DNA of 55,978 nt from a virus (taxonomy: Duplodnaviria; Caudoviricetes), in IMG/VR virus record IMGVR_UViG_3300022413_000014, positions 1 through 55,978 of that record; one strand, given 5' to 3'. The position numbers and the translations under genes are program-made. The notes below the pieces were generated by a model that saw nothing but the letters and a program-made list of their open reading frames with translations, did no database searches and was not told the DNA's origin. Shown piece after piece: positions 1-8,725 of this stretch (positions within the stretch are counted from its first letter, which is position 1; each line of letters starts with the position of its first letter).

Positions 1-146
1 AGATAAGACAAGGCGCTCCCATCTTCGAACGGGTTTTCGCCTATCTCTGGGTATTCTGAGTCCGACTTCCTGCCAGCCTCGAATCCTCGGTCATACGCCA
101 TCTGCTTTAGATCATCGTCATCATCAACCTCATCCCGCACGCTCAT
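1..146 (-). CDS. Partial small protein, Rmf-like (runs off window)
   Basis: Manual translation MSVRDEVDDDDDLKQMAYDRGFEAGRK...ENPFEDG; AY..GF.AG...NP pattern of Rmf-like phage proteins; TGATG overlap with upstream ORF. Confidence 0.45.
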   Translation of the reverse strand, partial: MSVRDEVDDDDDLKQMAYDRGFEAGRKSDSEYPEIGENPFEDGSALSY

Positions 147-355
147 CAACGCCTCCCGTCCCTAAAGCCGTAGCACTCGTCAATCGAGTCGAAGCCATCG
201 CGCTTGCACGACGCGATGTTGGCGTCATAGGCGACGGCCAAGGCCACCAACAACGCGACCACCAGGAAGAACCCGAGCACGCGGAACACCCAGGGCAGGA
301 GGCCGCCGGGCTTGTCGTCATCGCCGATGCCGATGCTAATCTCGGTCTTAGGCAT
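146..355 (-). CDS. Small single-TM membrane protein
   Basis: Hydrophobic VLGFFLVVALLVALAVAY; overlaps both neighbours. Confidence 0.6.
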   Translation of the reverse strand: MPKTEISIGIGDDDKPGGLLPWVFRVLGFFLVVALLVALAVAYDANIASCKRDGFDSIDECYGFRDGRR

Positions 356-659
356 CGATCGTCACCTCGGCTCCAAGTCCGGCGGTAAAGCTCGGCTCCC
401 AATCGACCACGACGTCAAAGCGGATGATCATCAGGGCCTCGCCTTCCATTGGGCCACCAGGAGCACCCGGCACGCGCACCCAGACCGGACAACCATCTTT
501 CGGGAAGTCTGCCGGATCGGACTCCCACCAGGCCAACAGATATTCCTCGGCAGCCTCGGCTGGGCTATCGGCCTCGATCGCAACCCAGCCTTGCATTTTT
601 GGGTCGACCTTGCCCGCCATCGCTTGGGGGTCGTAGTGATTGACGGTGTACATGGTCAT
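348..659 (-). CDS. Hypothetical phage protein
   Basis: 103 aa in a tightly overlapping leftward operon. Confidence 0.6.
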   Translation of the reverse strand: MTMYTVNHYDPQAMAGKVDPKMQGWVAIEADSPAEAAEEYLLAWWESDPADFPKDGCPVWVRVPGAPGGPMEGEALMIIRFDVVVDWEPSFTAGLGAEVTIDA

Positions 660-937
660 GCTTTGCTCTCCAGCATGGTGACCGCCATCGCGATCACATA
701 GGCGGCGGTGGCCGCAAGGTCGCGCCCGAACTCGCCGGTCCCGGCCCTGAACGCGCGGCTCTCATCAGGCTTGATGGCGCTGACCATGAAGGCATGGCCC
801 TCAATGCGATGCTTGGTGAGGCGCAGCCTGGCAGCATGAAAACGCTCGATGCTGTCCTTCAAAGTCGGGCCGCCCGTGATCTTTTCCTGCTCAGCAGCGC
901 CGGCCTCGTTGGTGATTTCGATGAGAAATTCAGCCAT
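656..937 (-). CDS. Hypothetical phage protein
   Basis: Likely start ATG 937 (MAEFLIEI) after GAGGAGGAG SD. Confidence 0.6.
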   Translation of the reverse strand: MAEFLIEITNEAGAAEQEKITGGPTLKDSIERFHAARLRLTKHRIEGHAFMVSAIKPDESRAFRAGTGEFGRDLAATAAYVIAMAVTMLESKA

Positions 938-1217
938 CGCCGTGCTCCTCCTCGGCCGTATCCACCCAGGCCTGAAGACGAGTGATGACGGCGCGTGCCA
1001 TGTCGACGTCCAGATGGGCTGACATGCACGAGTCCGGGTGGGTGCCACGGTCGTACCAAGACCGATCGTCAACGTTGAGCCAGCAGGCCACATGTTCAGC
1101 TGAGGACGAGTCGCGAACAGTCACGGTCGAGCCATAAAGGCAGGTGACCGGCTCCCCGTAATCGCGCAGGCCACGGTCGTTGGTGCATGTTATTTCGATG
1201 GTTTTCTGTGCCATCAC
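930..1217 (-). CDS. Hypothetical phage protein
   Basis: 95 aa, GGGGAGG SD, coupled to upstream gene. Confidence 0.6.
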   Translation of the reverse strand: MMAQKTIEITCTNDRGLRDYGEPVTCLYGSTVTVRDSSSAEHVACWLNVDDRSWYDRGTHPDSCMSAHLDVDMARAVITRLQAWVDTAEEEHGDG

Positions 1218-1561
1218 GCCGCCTCCCCGGCCGCTCTAGCCACCTTAGCCGCATCGTTCTCCGCCCTGATCCTGATGACCTCGGCGCAACATTCGTCGGC
1301 AATCATCGAAAGGTCTGGGCGATTACGGACGCGCTTGACGCCATGCATGACGGTCGTATGGTCCTTGGTTTCGCTGTCACGCTCGCCTGAAAAGTGCCGG
1401 GCAATGTCCGGGTAGCTCATCCTGGTCATCGCCCTCAGCATGAACCACGTCACATGCCGAGCGTTGACATGCTCGCGGAGGCGACGACTGCCGAACACTT
1501 GATCCACGGTCACATCGAACCGGGCTGCGGCAATCGTCGCCATGGTTTTCAGCGTGATCAC
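1214..1561 (-). CDS. Stand-alone DnaA C-terminal (domain IV) HTH protein
   Basis: R.REHVNARHVTWFMLR..T.MSYPDIARHF...KDHTTVMHG matches the DnaA domain IV signature. Confidence 0.8.
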   Translation of the reverse strand: MITLKTMATIAAARFDVTVDQVFGSRRLREHVNARHVTWFMLRAMTRMSYPDIARHFSGERDSETKDHTTVMHGVKRVRNRPDLSMIADECCAEVIRIRAENDAAKVARAAGEAA

Positions 1562-1887
1562 TCGGCTACGGTGGTGAGCGACGGCCGCAGACGATGGGCC
1601 TCGGTCACAGAAGCTGACGCGATATCAGTCGACGCCACCCAATCGAGAATGTGATCAACAACTCGATCAACAACCGCCGACGGGATGAACGTCTTGATCG
1701 TCAGTCCATCGCTCATCGGCATCAACAGTTCGTATCCACCAGGCTTGGTCGGTGTCTTCTTGACGCCGCGTACCTTGCACTTAGCCTCGCCGCCGATCAC
1801 GTCGGACAATGCGTCGGCAGCAGCAAGCAGCCGCGTCTTCTGCTCGGTCTCGGCGCGGATGTCGTCGGTGTTCTCCTTGTCGGTCAT
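1558..1887 (-). CDS. Hypothetical protein
   Basis: ATG 1887 with AGGGAAG SD; overlaps next gene start. Confidence 0.55.
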   Translation of the reverse strand: MTDKENTDDIRAETEQKTRLLAAADALSDVIGGEAKCKVRGVKKTPTKPGGYELLMPMSDGLTIKTFIPSAVVDRVVDHILDWVASTDIASASVTEAHRLRPSLTTVAE

Positions 1888-1980
1888 GGTCTTCCCTATC
1901 CAATATGGTTGACGATTAATCACAGCTGGCTAAGGTTCTTAGCCTAACTCTGACTCTTACACGCCAATTTTTAATCACGG

Positions 1981-2262
1981 GTGACAAACTTGTCAAGCAA
2001 GCAGCAGAACAAAAAGGCGTTGCGCGAAGCCCTGGCGGTCGTCGACCGGGAGCAGAATGTGGGATGGTCATTCGTGATGCCGGTGTCGATGTATGGCGAG
2101 CTTTTGCGCCTTTCCGAGCTGACTGAGCAATCGATGGCCTATTATGCGCGTGATGCCTTGATGCGATATCTATCGACCGACGAGCACATCGCACATATGC
2201 GCAAGCTCGAACTACGCGAAAAGCAGCGCCTAGCGTTGATCAAGAAGGCGTCTAGCCGATAA
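1981..2262 (+). CDS. Ribbon-helix-helix-like regulator
   Basis: SFVMPVSMYGELLRLSELTEQSMAYYARDALMRYL has the strand-helix-helix RHH pattern; operator palindrome overlaps the GTG start. Confidence 0.5.
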   Translation: MTNLSSKQQNKKALREALAVVDREQNVGWSFVMPVSMYGELLRLSELTEQSMAYYARDALMRYLSTDEHIAHMRKLELREKQRLALIKKASSR

Positions 2263-2755
2263 TCCGCCCGGTCAGCTTGACGCCACCATCAAAGGTGATG
2301 GTCAGCCCTTCGGCCGCCTGTTTTAGCGATGGCAGGCACGGGGCCGGATAGCCGTTCGAGCTAGGCTTTACCGATCCATTTTTGATCATACCGATGAAGA
2401 CCTCGGGGGTGACGTCGAGTGATTTCCGTAGACTGTTGCACGCGCAGCAGGCGACGCGCAGGTTATCGGCGTCATGGGTGCCGCCTCGATATTGCGGGAT
2501 GACATGATCGAGGGTGCGCTGTGTAGGGTGGTTCATTCCCTGGGTGGTCTCGATCCCGCAATAGCTGCAATGCATGCCATCACGGGCATAGACCTTTTTC
2601 CTGGTGCTCTTGCTGGGCTGACCTGACGATCGCTTAAACGGCTCTTTGGGCTTGGCCTTGTCGAGGCGACGGTGCTTTTCGTTTTGTTCGGCTAGGGTCT
2701 TTTTGAATTTGTCGGCGCGTTTTTTAACGTAGCGTTTCATGGTGGCGTCGTGCAT
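2252..2755 (-). CDS. HNH endonuclease
   Basis: RDGMHCSYCG...TLDHVIP..GG...NLRVACCACN. Confidence 0.88.
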   Translation of the reverse strand: MHDATMKRYVKKRADKFKKTLAEQNEKHRRLDKAKPKEPFKRSSGQPSKSTRKKVYARDGMHCSYCGIETTQGMNHPTQRTLDHVIPQYRGGTHDADNLRVACCACNSLRKSLDVTPEVFIGMIKNGSVKPSSNGYPAPCLPSLKQAAEGLTITFDGGVKLTGRIIG

Positions 2756-2766
2756 CGGTTGTGGGT

Positions 2767-4170
2767 TTAGCGCTCTTTGATTTCCCTAACAGCAGGCCCT
2801 CGAACAATTACCAGCAGACGCTCATCATCGCTACCGACATTCTCCGCCGGTCCATAGCGCGCGTCGGTCACCTCGAACCAGATTTCGGCCTTACTCTTGC
2901 CGCCACGTAGGCCAACCTCGACCTTGTGAATGGTAGCCAGCCAGGAGCATTCGCGCTTGATGCCGTCCGACCAGAGATTTTTGCCCTCCCGGTTTTGCTG
3001 CAGCGCGATCACTAGGATCAGGTCGTTGGATTGGATAAACGCAGACAGCTTTTGCGCGACCTGCTCATAGAACGCGGCCTCGTTCTGACGTTGGGCCTTG
3101 CCGGCGATCTTGGTGTAGTAGTCGATGAAGAATACGCGGGTGCCGTGGTCGATCATCGATCTGTTCATGCGAATCAACAGATCATCGATCGTGATGCCCG
3201 GCACGTGGTCGAACTTGGCGTGCTCGAAATAGGGGTTGGTAACCGCCCAGGCATCGAGCCGGGCCACCGCCAGATCAGCGTTGGCCTTGTCCTCCAGCCA
3301 GGCCAGCGGCGTGTTGGTGTCGCCACAGAACTCACGGGCGACCAGATCGGTGGGGGATTGCTCTAGCGAGAAGAAATGGGTTTTGACGCCCGAGATCAGC
3401 GCGCCACGCTGCACGCCCGACAGCACGGAGGTCTTGTTCGACTTGGGTGGCGCGTCAAAGCCGTAAATGCAGCCGGGACGAAGCCCGCCGCCGAGCGCCG
3501 CATCGAGGCAGGCGTAGCCGGTGGAGACCTTGGGCGACGACTCCAGTAGTCTTTCCTTGAGGTGGTTGATCACCGTCATGCCATCCCACGAGCGATCATG
3601 CGGTTCGGTGATCGAGATGTCTTCGATGCTCGAGGTGATACGGTGCGCGATGCCCTTCCATTCGGACGCCACCGTCAGGCTGGGGTCCATGGCGGCGTTC
3701 AAGCCTTCCTGGCAGATCGCGGCAAGGGCGCGGCGCTGGGCCAAATCGAAAATCAGACGCGCGTAATCCTGGGTGTTGAGGATGGTGATTGCCGCTTGGG
3801 CGAGGCCTGCGAGATAGCGTGATCCATTGACCTGGGCAAGGCGCTCATCGGTCTCGAAGGCCGATGCTAGGGTGACATGATCCACCAGGAGGCCGTCTTG
3901 ATGAGTCTTGAGCATGACCTCGAAAATCGACTGGTGGACCGGCTCGTAAAAATGTTCAGGCTTCAAAAACTCAGCGGCATCAGCGAGGGTGGAGTCGTTG
4001 ACCATGATCGCACCAAGCAACGCCTGCTCGGCTTCGAGATTGTGCGGTGGCGCTTGAAAACCGAACGGCAGCCGGCCGTACGCTTCGCTGTCGGATGGGG
4101 TGTCGACCGGCTCAACATGGATGAGTCCGGGTTCAGCGACTCGGTTGCCGCCCTTGGTCTCGTCAGCCAT
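2767..4170 (-). CDS. dnaB: DnaB-like replicative helicase (divergent motifs)
   Basis: N-terminal PPHNLEAEQALLGAIM...F...HQSIF; FFSLEQ; FFIDY; atypical P-loop APPKSNKT. Confidence 0.8.
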   Translation of the reverse strand: MADETKGGNRVAEPGLIHVEPVDTPSDSEAYGRLPFGFQAPPHNLEAEQALLGAIMVNDSTLADAAEFLKPEHFYEPVHQSIFEVMLKTHQDGLLVDHVTLASAFETDERLAQVNGSRYLAGLAQAAITILNTQDYARLIFDLAQRRALAAICQEGLNAAMDPSLTVASEWKGIAHRITSSIEDISITEPHDRSWDGMTVINHLKERLLESSPKVSTGYACLDAALGGGLRPGCIYGFDAPPKSNKTSVLSGVQRGALISGVKTHFFSLEQSPTDLVAREFCGDTNTPLAWLEDKANADLAVARLDAWAVTNPYFEHAKFDHVPGITIDDLLIRMNRSMIDHGTRVFFIDYYTKIAGKAQRQNEAAFYEQVAQKLSAFIQSNDLILVIALQQNREGKNLWSDGIKRECSWLATIHKVEVGLRGGKSKAEIWFEVTDARYGPAENVGSDDERLLVIVRGPAVREIKER

Positions 4171-4198
4171 CGCATGGGCTCCGTTTCTTATCGTTCGG

Positions 4199-5302
4199 TC
4201 AAACTGCCTCTTCGGGCATCTCGAAAATCATGGTCTTGGCGAAGCCGTCGCTTTTGCCAAACTTATCGCACTCGACCAGCTTGACGCCGCTGCCGGCATA
4301 GTTGGGATCAACGCGCCAGCCCTGGCCGACGGTCAAGTTCCGGCCCCTGAACGGGAAGCTACGCCCGATGAGATCAGGCGGGCCGAACGGGGACGGCCTC
4401 TCGGCAGGCTTGCCGGGGTTGGGTCCAGGCAGGTCATCGGACCAGCAGGCCTGGTTCAGCCAGGTCTGTGGGTGCTTGACGTAGCGGGCTTCGGTCTGGT
4501 TGTCCCTGACATGCGCCATGTAGCGCTTGAGACCGGCCTCCAGCTCGTCCGCCGTGGCCAGGTTTTTGTCGATGATGCGCTTGTAGCATTTTTCAGCGGC
4601 TCCCCTTCCGCGTTTCATGCCAGGCCCCCAGAGATCCCACCAGCTGGAAAAATCAGCGGATGGATTAGGCGGTGGGGGATCGGGCACAACGGCCACCGGC
4701 CGCAATGCCACCACGGTATCATCGGCATCCGGGTCCGTCACCCAGTTTGGAACGTCCTCGTGATCAGAATCACGCCCGCCGTCAGGTGGGCAATGGTCGG
4801 GGAACAGATCACCGTTGGCATGGCCTGAACAAGAGTCTTTTTCGTCTTTACCGTCTATACCGTTTAGATTCGTTTGCCCTTTGCTTGCCCTTCGCTTGCC
4901 CTTTACCGTGCCCTTTTTCCCGAACACCTCGTCTAAGTCTATGGAATAGATAGAGATATTGTGCCTCGTAGTTTGCCCTTTACTTTGCCCTTTTTCGTGC
5001 CCATTCACTGCCCATTTTTTGGTGCTATTTTTGCGGCTAATCATGCCGATATTTTGCAGCCTATTGAGCGCTGTTCTGATGACCTTGACGCTATAGCCGG
5101 TGGCCTGGTGAAGACGCGTGAGCGACACGCAAACGTCACCACGATCGAGCATGAGCATCTGGCCGCTATAGTGCACCGGACGCGGCTTGTGGGCGCACAG
5201 CGATAGCAGCTCAACCATCACATATTTTGTCGCTGGGGGCAGGTAAGAGCAGTCGCTCGGGAACATGTAGCGGGGCACTTGAAAATACGGCTGATCGGAC
5301 AT
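4199..5302 (-). CDS. Phage replication initiator (lambda O-like; N-terminal wHTH)
   Basis: Upstream of helicase; wHTH-like N-terminus, C-terminal YVKHPQTWLN..CW.D motif; internal iterons. Confidence 0.75.
   Translation of the reverse strand: MSDQPYFQVPRYMFPSDCSYLPPATKYVMVELLSLCAHKPRPVHYSGQMLMLDRGDVCVSLTRLHQATGYSVKVIRTALNRLQNIGMISRKNSTKKWAVNGHEKGQSKGQTTRHNISIYSIDLDEVFGKKGTVKGKRRASKGQTNLNGIDGKDEKDSCSGHANGDLFPDHCPPDGGRDSDHEDVPNWVTDPDADDTVVALRPVAVVPDPPPPNPSADFSSWWDLWGPGMKRGRGAAEKCYKRIIDKNLATADELEAGLKRYMAHVRDNQTEARYVKHPQTWLNQACWSDDLPGPNPGKPAERPSPFGPPDLIGRSFPFRGRNLTVGQGWRVDPNYAGSGVKLVECDKFGKSDGFAKTMIFEMPEEAV
4875..5016. repeat. Putative replication origin iterons: 8 x TGCCC(T/A)TT
   Basis: TGCCC at 4875, 4886, 4897, 4909 and 4974, 4986, 4998, 5009 (11-12 bp period); two blocks flank an AT-richer spacer inside the initiator gene. 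Confidence 0.75.
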
Positions 5303-5304
5303 GG

Positions 5305-5688
5305 CTAATGCCCACCAACGTCATAGCCGAGGGCTTCGAGATCGATGCGATAGACCTTTTTATCACCGGGCTGGATGCCATCGGCAATGCACTCGATCGG
5401 GCCTTTTTCTTCAAGGTATTTGAGGATCGACCGAATGCGGCTCGGCTTATAGGTGGTGTGCGCGGTAAGCGCATCGTTGGACGTTAAAACGTCGCGACGC
5501 GTCAGTTCTATCGGACCACCGGGCGTTTCGACAAAACCAGGTTCATGGTCGTCGGCCATGTGGATCAGGGTCAGCAAAACAGGGATGCACCGCCCCTTGA
5601 TCGGCGATTCCTTCGTGAACAAAAAGCGGGGGGCGGAAAGGAATTGTGGGCTATGCATTTTCCGGCTCCGATCGCGGGGCCGAATCAT
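5305..5688 (-). CDS. wHTH protein, apparent paralog of the initiator N-terminus
   Basis: LTRRDV..S...L...T.Y....IR..L..L...G.I...Y.IDL aligns by eye with the N-terminus of 4199..5302. Confidence 0.6.
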   Translation of the reverse strand: MIRPRDRSRKMHSPQFLSAPRFLFTKESPIKGRCIPVLLTLIHMADDHEPGFVETPGGPIELTRRDVLTSNDALTAHTTYKPSRIRSILKYLEEKGPIECIADGIQPGDKKVYRIDLEALGYDVGGH

Positions 5689-5689
5689 T

Positions 5690-5906
5690 CAGCCCCTTGG
5701 TTGGCCTGATGGCAAGCTAGCGACGGTCACCAAACACAAAAATCCGTCAATAGCATCAGACCAACCAAGGGGCTGGTGATCGTGTTTGGTGATGTCGCAC
5801 CCCTGCCAAAGGGTGGTCCCGCCTGATGCTGCTCTAACCGAAGTGATGAAACCTCGACAGCGCCAGACGGTAGCTACAGCCTTAAATCGCTATGACAGGT
5901 CTGTCA
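5690..5906 (-). promoter_or_regulatory. Structured 5' leader and promoter/operator of the replication operon
   Basis: 22-bp stem 5690-5711/5754-5775; second pairing 5727-5737/5782-5792; palindrome TGACAGGTCTGTCA at 5893-5906. Confidence 0.6.
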
Positions 5907-6167
5907 ATCGTCATTTGGCTCGTCAACCGGCATATCCGGCACCTTAGAGCCATTTTCGCGCTGCCACGCCCTCATGGCCTGCGCATGGGTGACCACGCTA
6001 TTGATCACCTGCTGGCTGGCCCCATGGCCCGCAGCAAGGTCGGCATAGAACTCCAGCGCGGCAGGCGCGACCTTGTCTTGAGCCCGGATCAAAAATACCG
6101 GCTCGTCCTCGGGGATCAGCTTGGCTGGGTCCTGGATGCGATTGTAGTCGGGCCTGGCGTGTTTCAC
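5904..6167 (-). CDS. Hypothetical phage protein
   Basis: EDEPVFLIRAQDKVAP motif typical of small phage proteins; AGGAG SD before GTG. Confidence 0.65.
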   Translation of the reverse strand: MKHARPDYNRIQDPAKLIPEDEPVFLIRAQDKVAPAALEFYADLAAGHGASQQVINSVVTHAQAMRAWQRENGSKVPDMPVDEPNDD

Positions 6168-6207
6168 CGTGATCTCCTAATCCATCTGGCGCTTGGCTGT
6201 GCCGCCC

Positions 6208-6501
6208 TCAGTGAAGCTGCTCGTCGGACTCGGTATTTCGGTCTTGGGTCCACTCGGCCGCCTCATCGCTAAGCAGGCCTTGGGCGAACATGCCGCACAG
6301 CGTGCCGGCCTTGTCCGGTTCTAGGCTCGACACGACCGAATGCGAGAAGTCGACCGGACCTTTGGGCTCGTCCACGTCAGAAACCGACAACGCCACCATG
6401 TAATGGCCCGCCCCTGGGGTCTCCTTGATGATCTTATGGAAGCGCCTGGCCAGATCATCGGCCAGGGTTTCGCTCATGAAATCATCGTTGTCGTCAGCCA
6501 T
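6208..6501 (-). CDS. Hypothetical protein
   Basis: 97 aa, overlaps rusA stop. Confidence 0.55.
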   Translation of the reverse strand: MADDNDDFMSETLADDLARRFHKIIKETPGAGHYMVALSVSDVDEPKGPVDFSHSVVSSLEPDKAGTLCGMFAQGLLSDEAAEWTQDRNTESDEQLH

Positions 6502-7012
6502 CGGCCTGCTCCATCAGGGTGCGCCAGTCGGCATCATTGGGGTGATCCCCGAGACGTGTTACAGCGATATAGACTGACGGCTCCAGTGCATAGAATTTCT
6601 TGATGGTCTGATCGACCACATAGGCGTCATCGACGAATAGAATTTTAGAAAGCGCATCCTCGATGCATTTGGTCAGATTGGTGAGATCGGGGCGCACGCA
6701 GGGGCGGATCAGGCCCTTACAGGCGGCCTTGCGCTTGCCCTTGGGCCAGGATCGCGGCACCTCAAAATAGTAATGCAGCATCAGATGAACCGATCCCTTG
6801 ATCGGCGGCAGGCCCGCCATTTTGGCCCTGGCCTGGGTAGCCACCACCTGCTGAAAGGCGGCGGTCTCGGGGTCTTTGTCAGAAACGATTAGATAGCGCC
6901 CTCGCCCTTTGGGGCGCAGCACCTTGGCGCGTTCTCGATAGGGAGTAGGCCGATCCCTGACGTTGAAGGAAACGAACTCAACGCCAGGGATCAGATTAGG
7001 TTGATCCATCAA
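6494..7012 (-). CDS. rusA: RusA-family Holliday junction resolvase
   Basis: RPDLTNLTKCIEDALSKILFVDDAYVV catalytic motif. Confidence 0.9.
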   Translation of the reverse strand: MMDQPNLIPGVEFVSFNVRDRPTPYRERAKVLRPKGRGRYLIVSDKDPETAAFQQVVATQARAKMAGLPPIKGSVHLMLHYYFEVPRSWPKGKRKAACKGLIRPCVRPDLTNLTKCIEDALSKILFVDDAYVVDQTIKKFYALEPSVYIAVTRLGDHPNDADWRTLMEQADG

Positions 7013-7827
7013 TCGGCAGTGGCATGCAGGAAGCTGACGCCGGTCTCCTCGAAGATCTTCATAGCGATCTGCTTCATGAACACCTCGACCGCCGCATCGA
7101 GCTGGTCGATTTCATGGGTGAAGAGCACCTTGCCGTTGTCTTCGACGTGTGGCCGAAGGATCACCCTCAACCCAACATCATCACCTTGGTTCTCGTAGAT
7201 CGGCACACCGATCTCGAACGAGCCTGGAATCTCAAGATCACCGTCCTTGCCACCGTGCAGCGTGATGCTCTCGGCATAGGCATGGCTGCCGGCCCCGGTA
7301 TGCTCATCGATCTCCTCGGAAAACTCGACATTGGCCTTGCCACGGATCGAGCGAATAATGCCTAGCAGATCAGACGACTCCGGCGTCACCACATCTCTGC
7401 GGTGACGCTCGATAAACAGCGCGTAATTCCTTGCGTTCATGCCAACATTGGAAGCATTCACCCAGGTCATCAGTCGTTTCGACGGGGACGGGGAGAACTC
7501 ATAGCGGTGCCGTTGCCAGGATGGCGCTTTCGGCTGCCTGGCGTCGATCACGGCTGTGAATCGTGCAAAGCTCATATCACTGCTGACTTCACGCTGCTCG
7601 ATGAAGCCCCGTGTCGCCTCGGTCTGAAAAACCTTGACCATCTCGATAAAGGACGTCACGCGCTGGCACGAAACGGAGGCTTTATGCGCGCGCGGTGCGG
7701 GAAGCAAGTGCTCCAAGGTCTGCGTCTTGTAATGATCAGGCAAAATCAGGAACGGCATCCCGTCGAGCGTGCGCAGCTCCTGATCCACGGTCAGGGCCTC
7801 GTGCTGGGCTTCAGTTTCTGTTTTCAT
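7009..7827 (-). CDS. DUF2303 (YfdQ-like) phage protein
   Basis: LEHLLPAPR..K, TAVID...P.WQRHR, IPGSFEIGVPIYEN pattern; about 270 aa. Confidence 0.75.
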   Translation of the reverse strand: MKTETEAQHEALTVDQELRTLDGMPFLILPDHYKTQTLEHLLPAPRAHKASVSCQRVTSFIEMVKVFQTEATRGFIEQREVSSDMSFARFTAVIDARQPKAPSWQRHRYEFSPSPSKRLMTWVNASNVGMNARNYALFIERHRRDVVTPESSDLLGIIRSIRGKANVEFSEEIDEHTGAGSHAYAESITLHGGKDGDLEIPGSFEIGVPIYENQGDDVGLRVILRPHVEDNGKVLFTHEIDQLDAAVEVFMKQIAMKIFEETGVSFLHATAD

Positions 7828-7863
7828 GATGATGCTCTCACGTTTCGGTTGAGTGGGCTTTGA

Positions 7864-8244
7864 TCAGTCGTCGTCGACTTCGCCGGTTTTAATGTCGAAG
7901 CTCCTGACATTACGCGCCGGGGGCGTGAACTTCACGACGTCATCCATGGTCATCTGCTGCGGGTCATCATTGCTGATGGTGCCATTAGTGGTCAGGAAGA
8001 ACGCGGTCGGTGATGGGGTCGCCGTCGGCAGCTTCGACGTGACTTCGCCGGTTAGGCTAAACTGGCCATTGCTTTCAGGCCGGATGTTGATAGTAAGCGT
8101 CATCTTGGCGGATTTTTGCAGGCTTTCGACCCTGCCGATTGCTTGCTGCAGCTGATCAGCGAAGCTGCTCAACAGCGTGCCGCGCTGCAGCGGCTTCACC
8201 ACATCGATGACATATTGCTCATGGGCTTGGAGGTCGTCGGTCAC
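7864..8244 (-). CDS. YfdP-like protein upstream of DUF2303
   Basis: GTG 8244 after GGAAAAGGA; K..K.TLTI.I.P...FFLT..G.IS..DP.Q pattern. Confidence 0.65.
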   Translation of the reverse strand: MTDDLQAHEQYVIDVVKPLQRGTLLSSFADQLQQAIGRVESLQKSAKMTLTINIRPESNGQFSLTGEVTSKLPTATPSPTAFFLTTNGTISNDDPQQMTMDDVVKFTPPARNVRSFDIKTGEVDDD

Positions 8245-8632
8245 GAGTCCTTTTCCTTCCAGTTGAGGTTTTGCCGGCGGGTATTTTGCCGGCGGGCTTG
8301 CCCGTGCGTGGCCGCCTCTTGGCAGGGCCACGCTTGGGTTTCTCTTCCGCAGATGACTTGGCGACTGGACGTGCCATGGCGGCACGCCGTTTGATCACGA
8401 AGGCGGTTTCCCAGTCCATCAGCGTAACATAGGCGTCGGACATGACGTAGATGCGCTGAATGTTCTGGCAATCCGGGAAATGCGAGCCGTTGGCCCAGCG
8501 ATCAACGGTGCGCGTGACTACGTCCAGCTCGCGCGCGAGATCGGCACGCGACCAACCTTTGTCCGCCAGCCAGACGTCCATTTTGTGCGGGGTTTTGGTG
8601 ATGAGAGTTGTCGTCATATAGCGTTTGTACAT
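8219..8632 (-). CDS. Cro/XRE-family HTH regulator (true start may be downstream)
   Basis: WLADKGWSRADLARELDVVTRTVDRWANGSHFP HTH; sits at the divergence point of the two early arms. Confidence 0.8.
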   Translation of the reverse strand: MYKRYMTTTLITKTPHKMDVWLADKGWSRADLARELDVVTRTVDRWANGSHFPDCQNIQRIYVMSDAYVTLMDWETAFVIKRRAAMARPVAKSSAEEKPKRGPAKRRPRTGKPAGKIPAGKTSTGRKRTRDRRPPSP

Positions 8633-8636
8633 TACG

Positions 8637-8705
8637 GGACAAGCTTGTCAAGTTGTTGCTTTCTTGGGTGTTGATTGTTGACAAGGTTGTCAAGGGTAGT
8701 ATGAT
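8637..8705. promoter_or_regulatory. Divergent early promoters with two operator palindromes
   Basis: GGACAAGCTTGTCA 8637-8650 and TGACAAGGTTGTCA 8679-8692; rightward TTGACA(8678)-N16-TATGAT(8700). Confidence 0.75.
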
Positions 8706-8725
8706 GCCCATGGAAGGAGATCACC

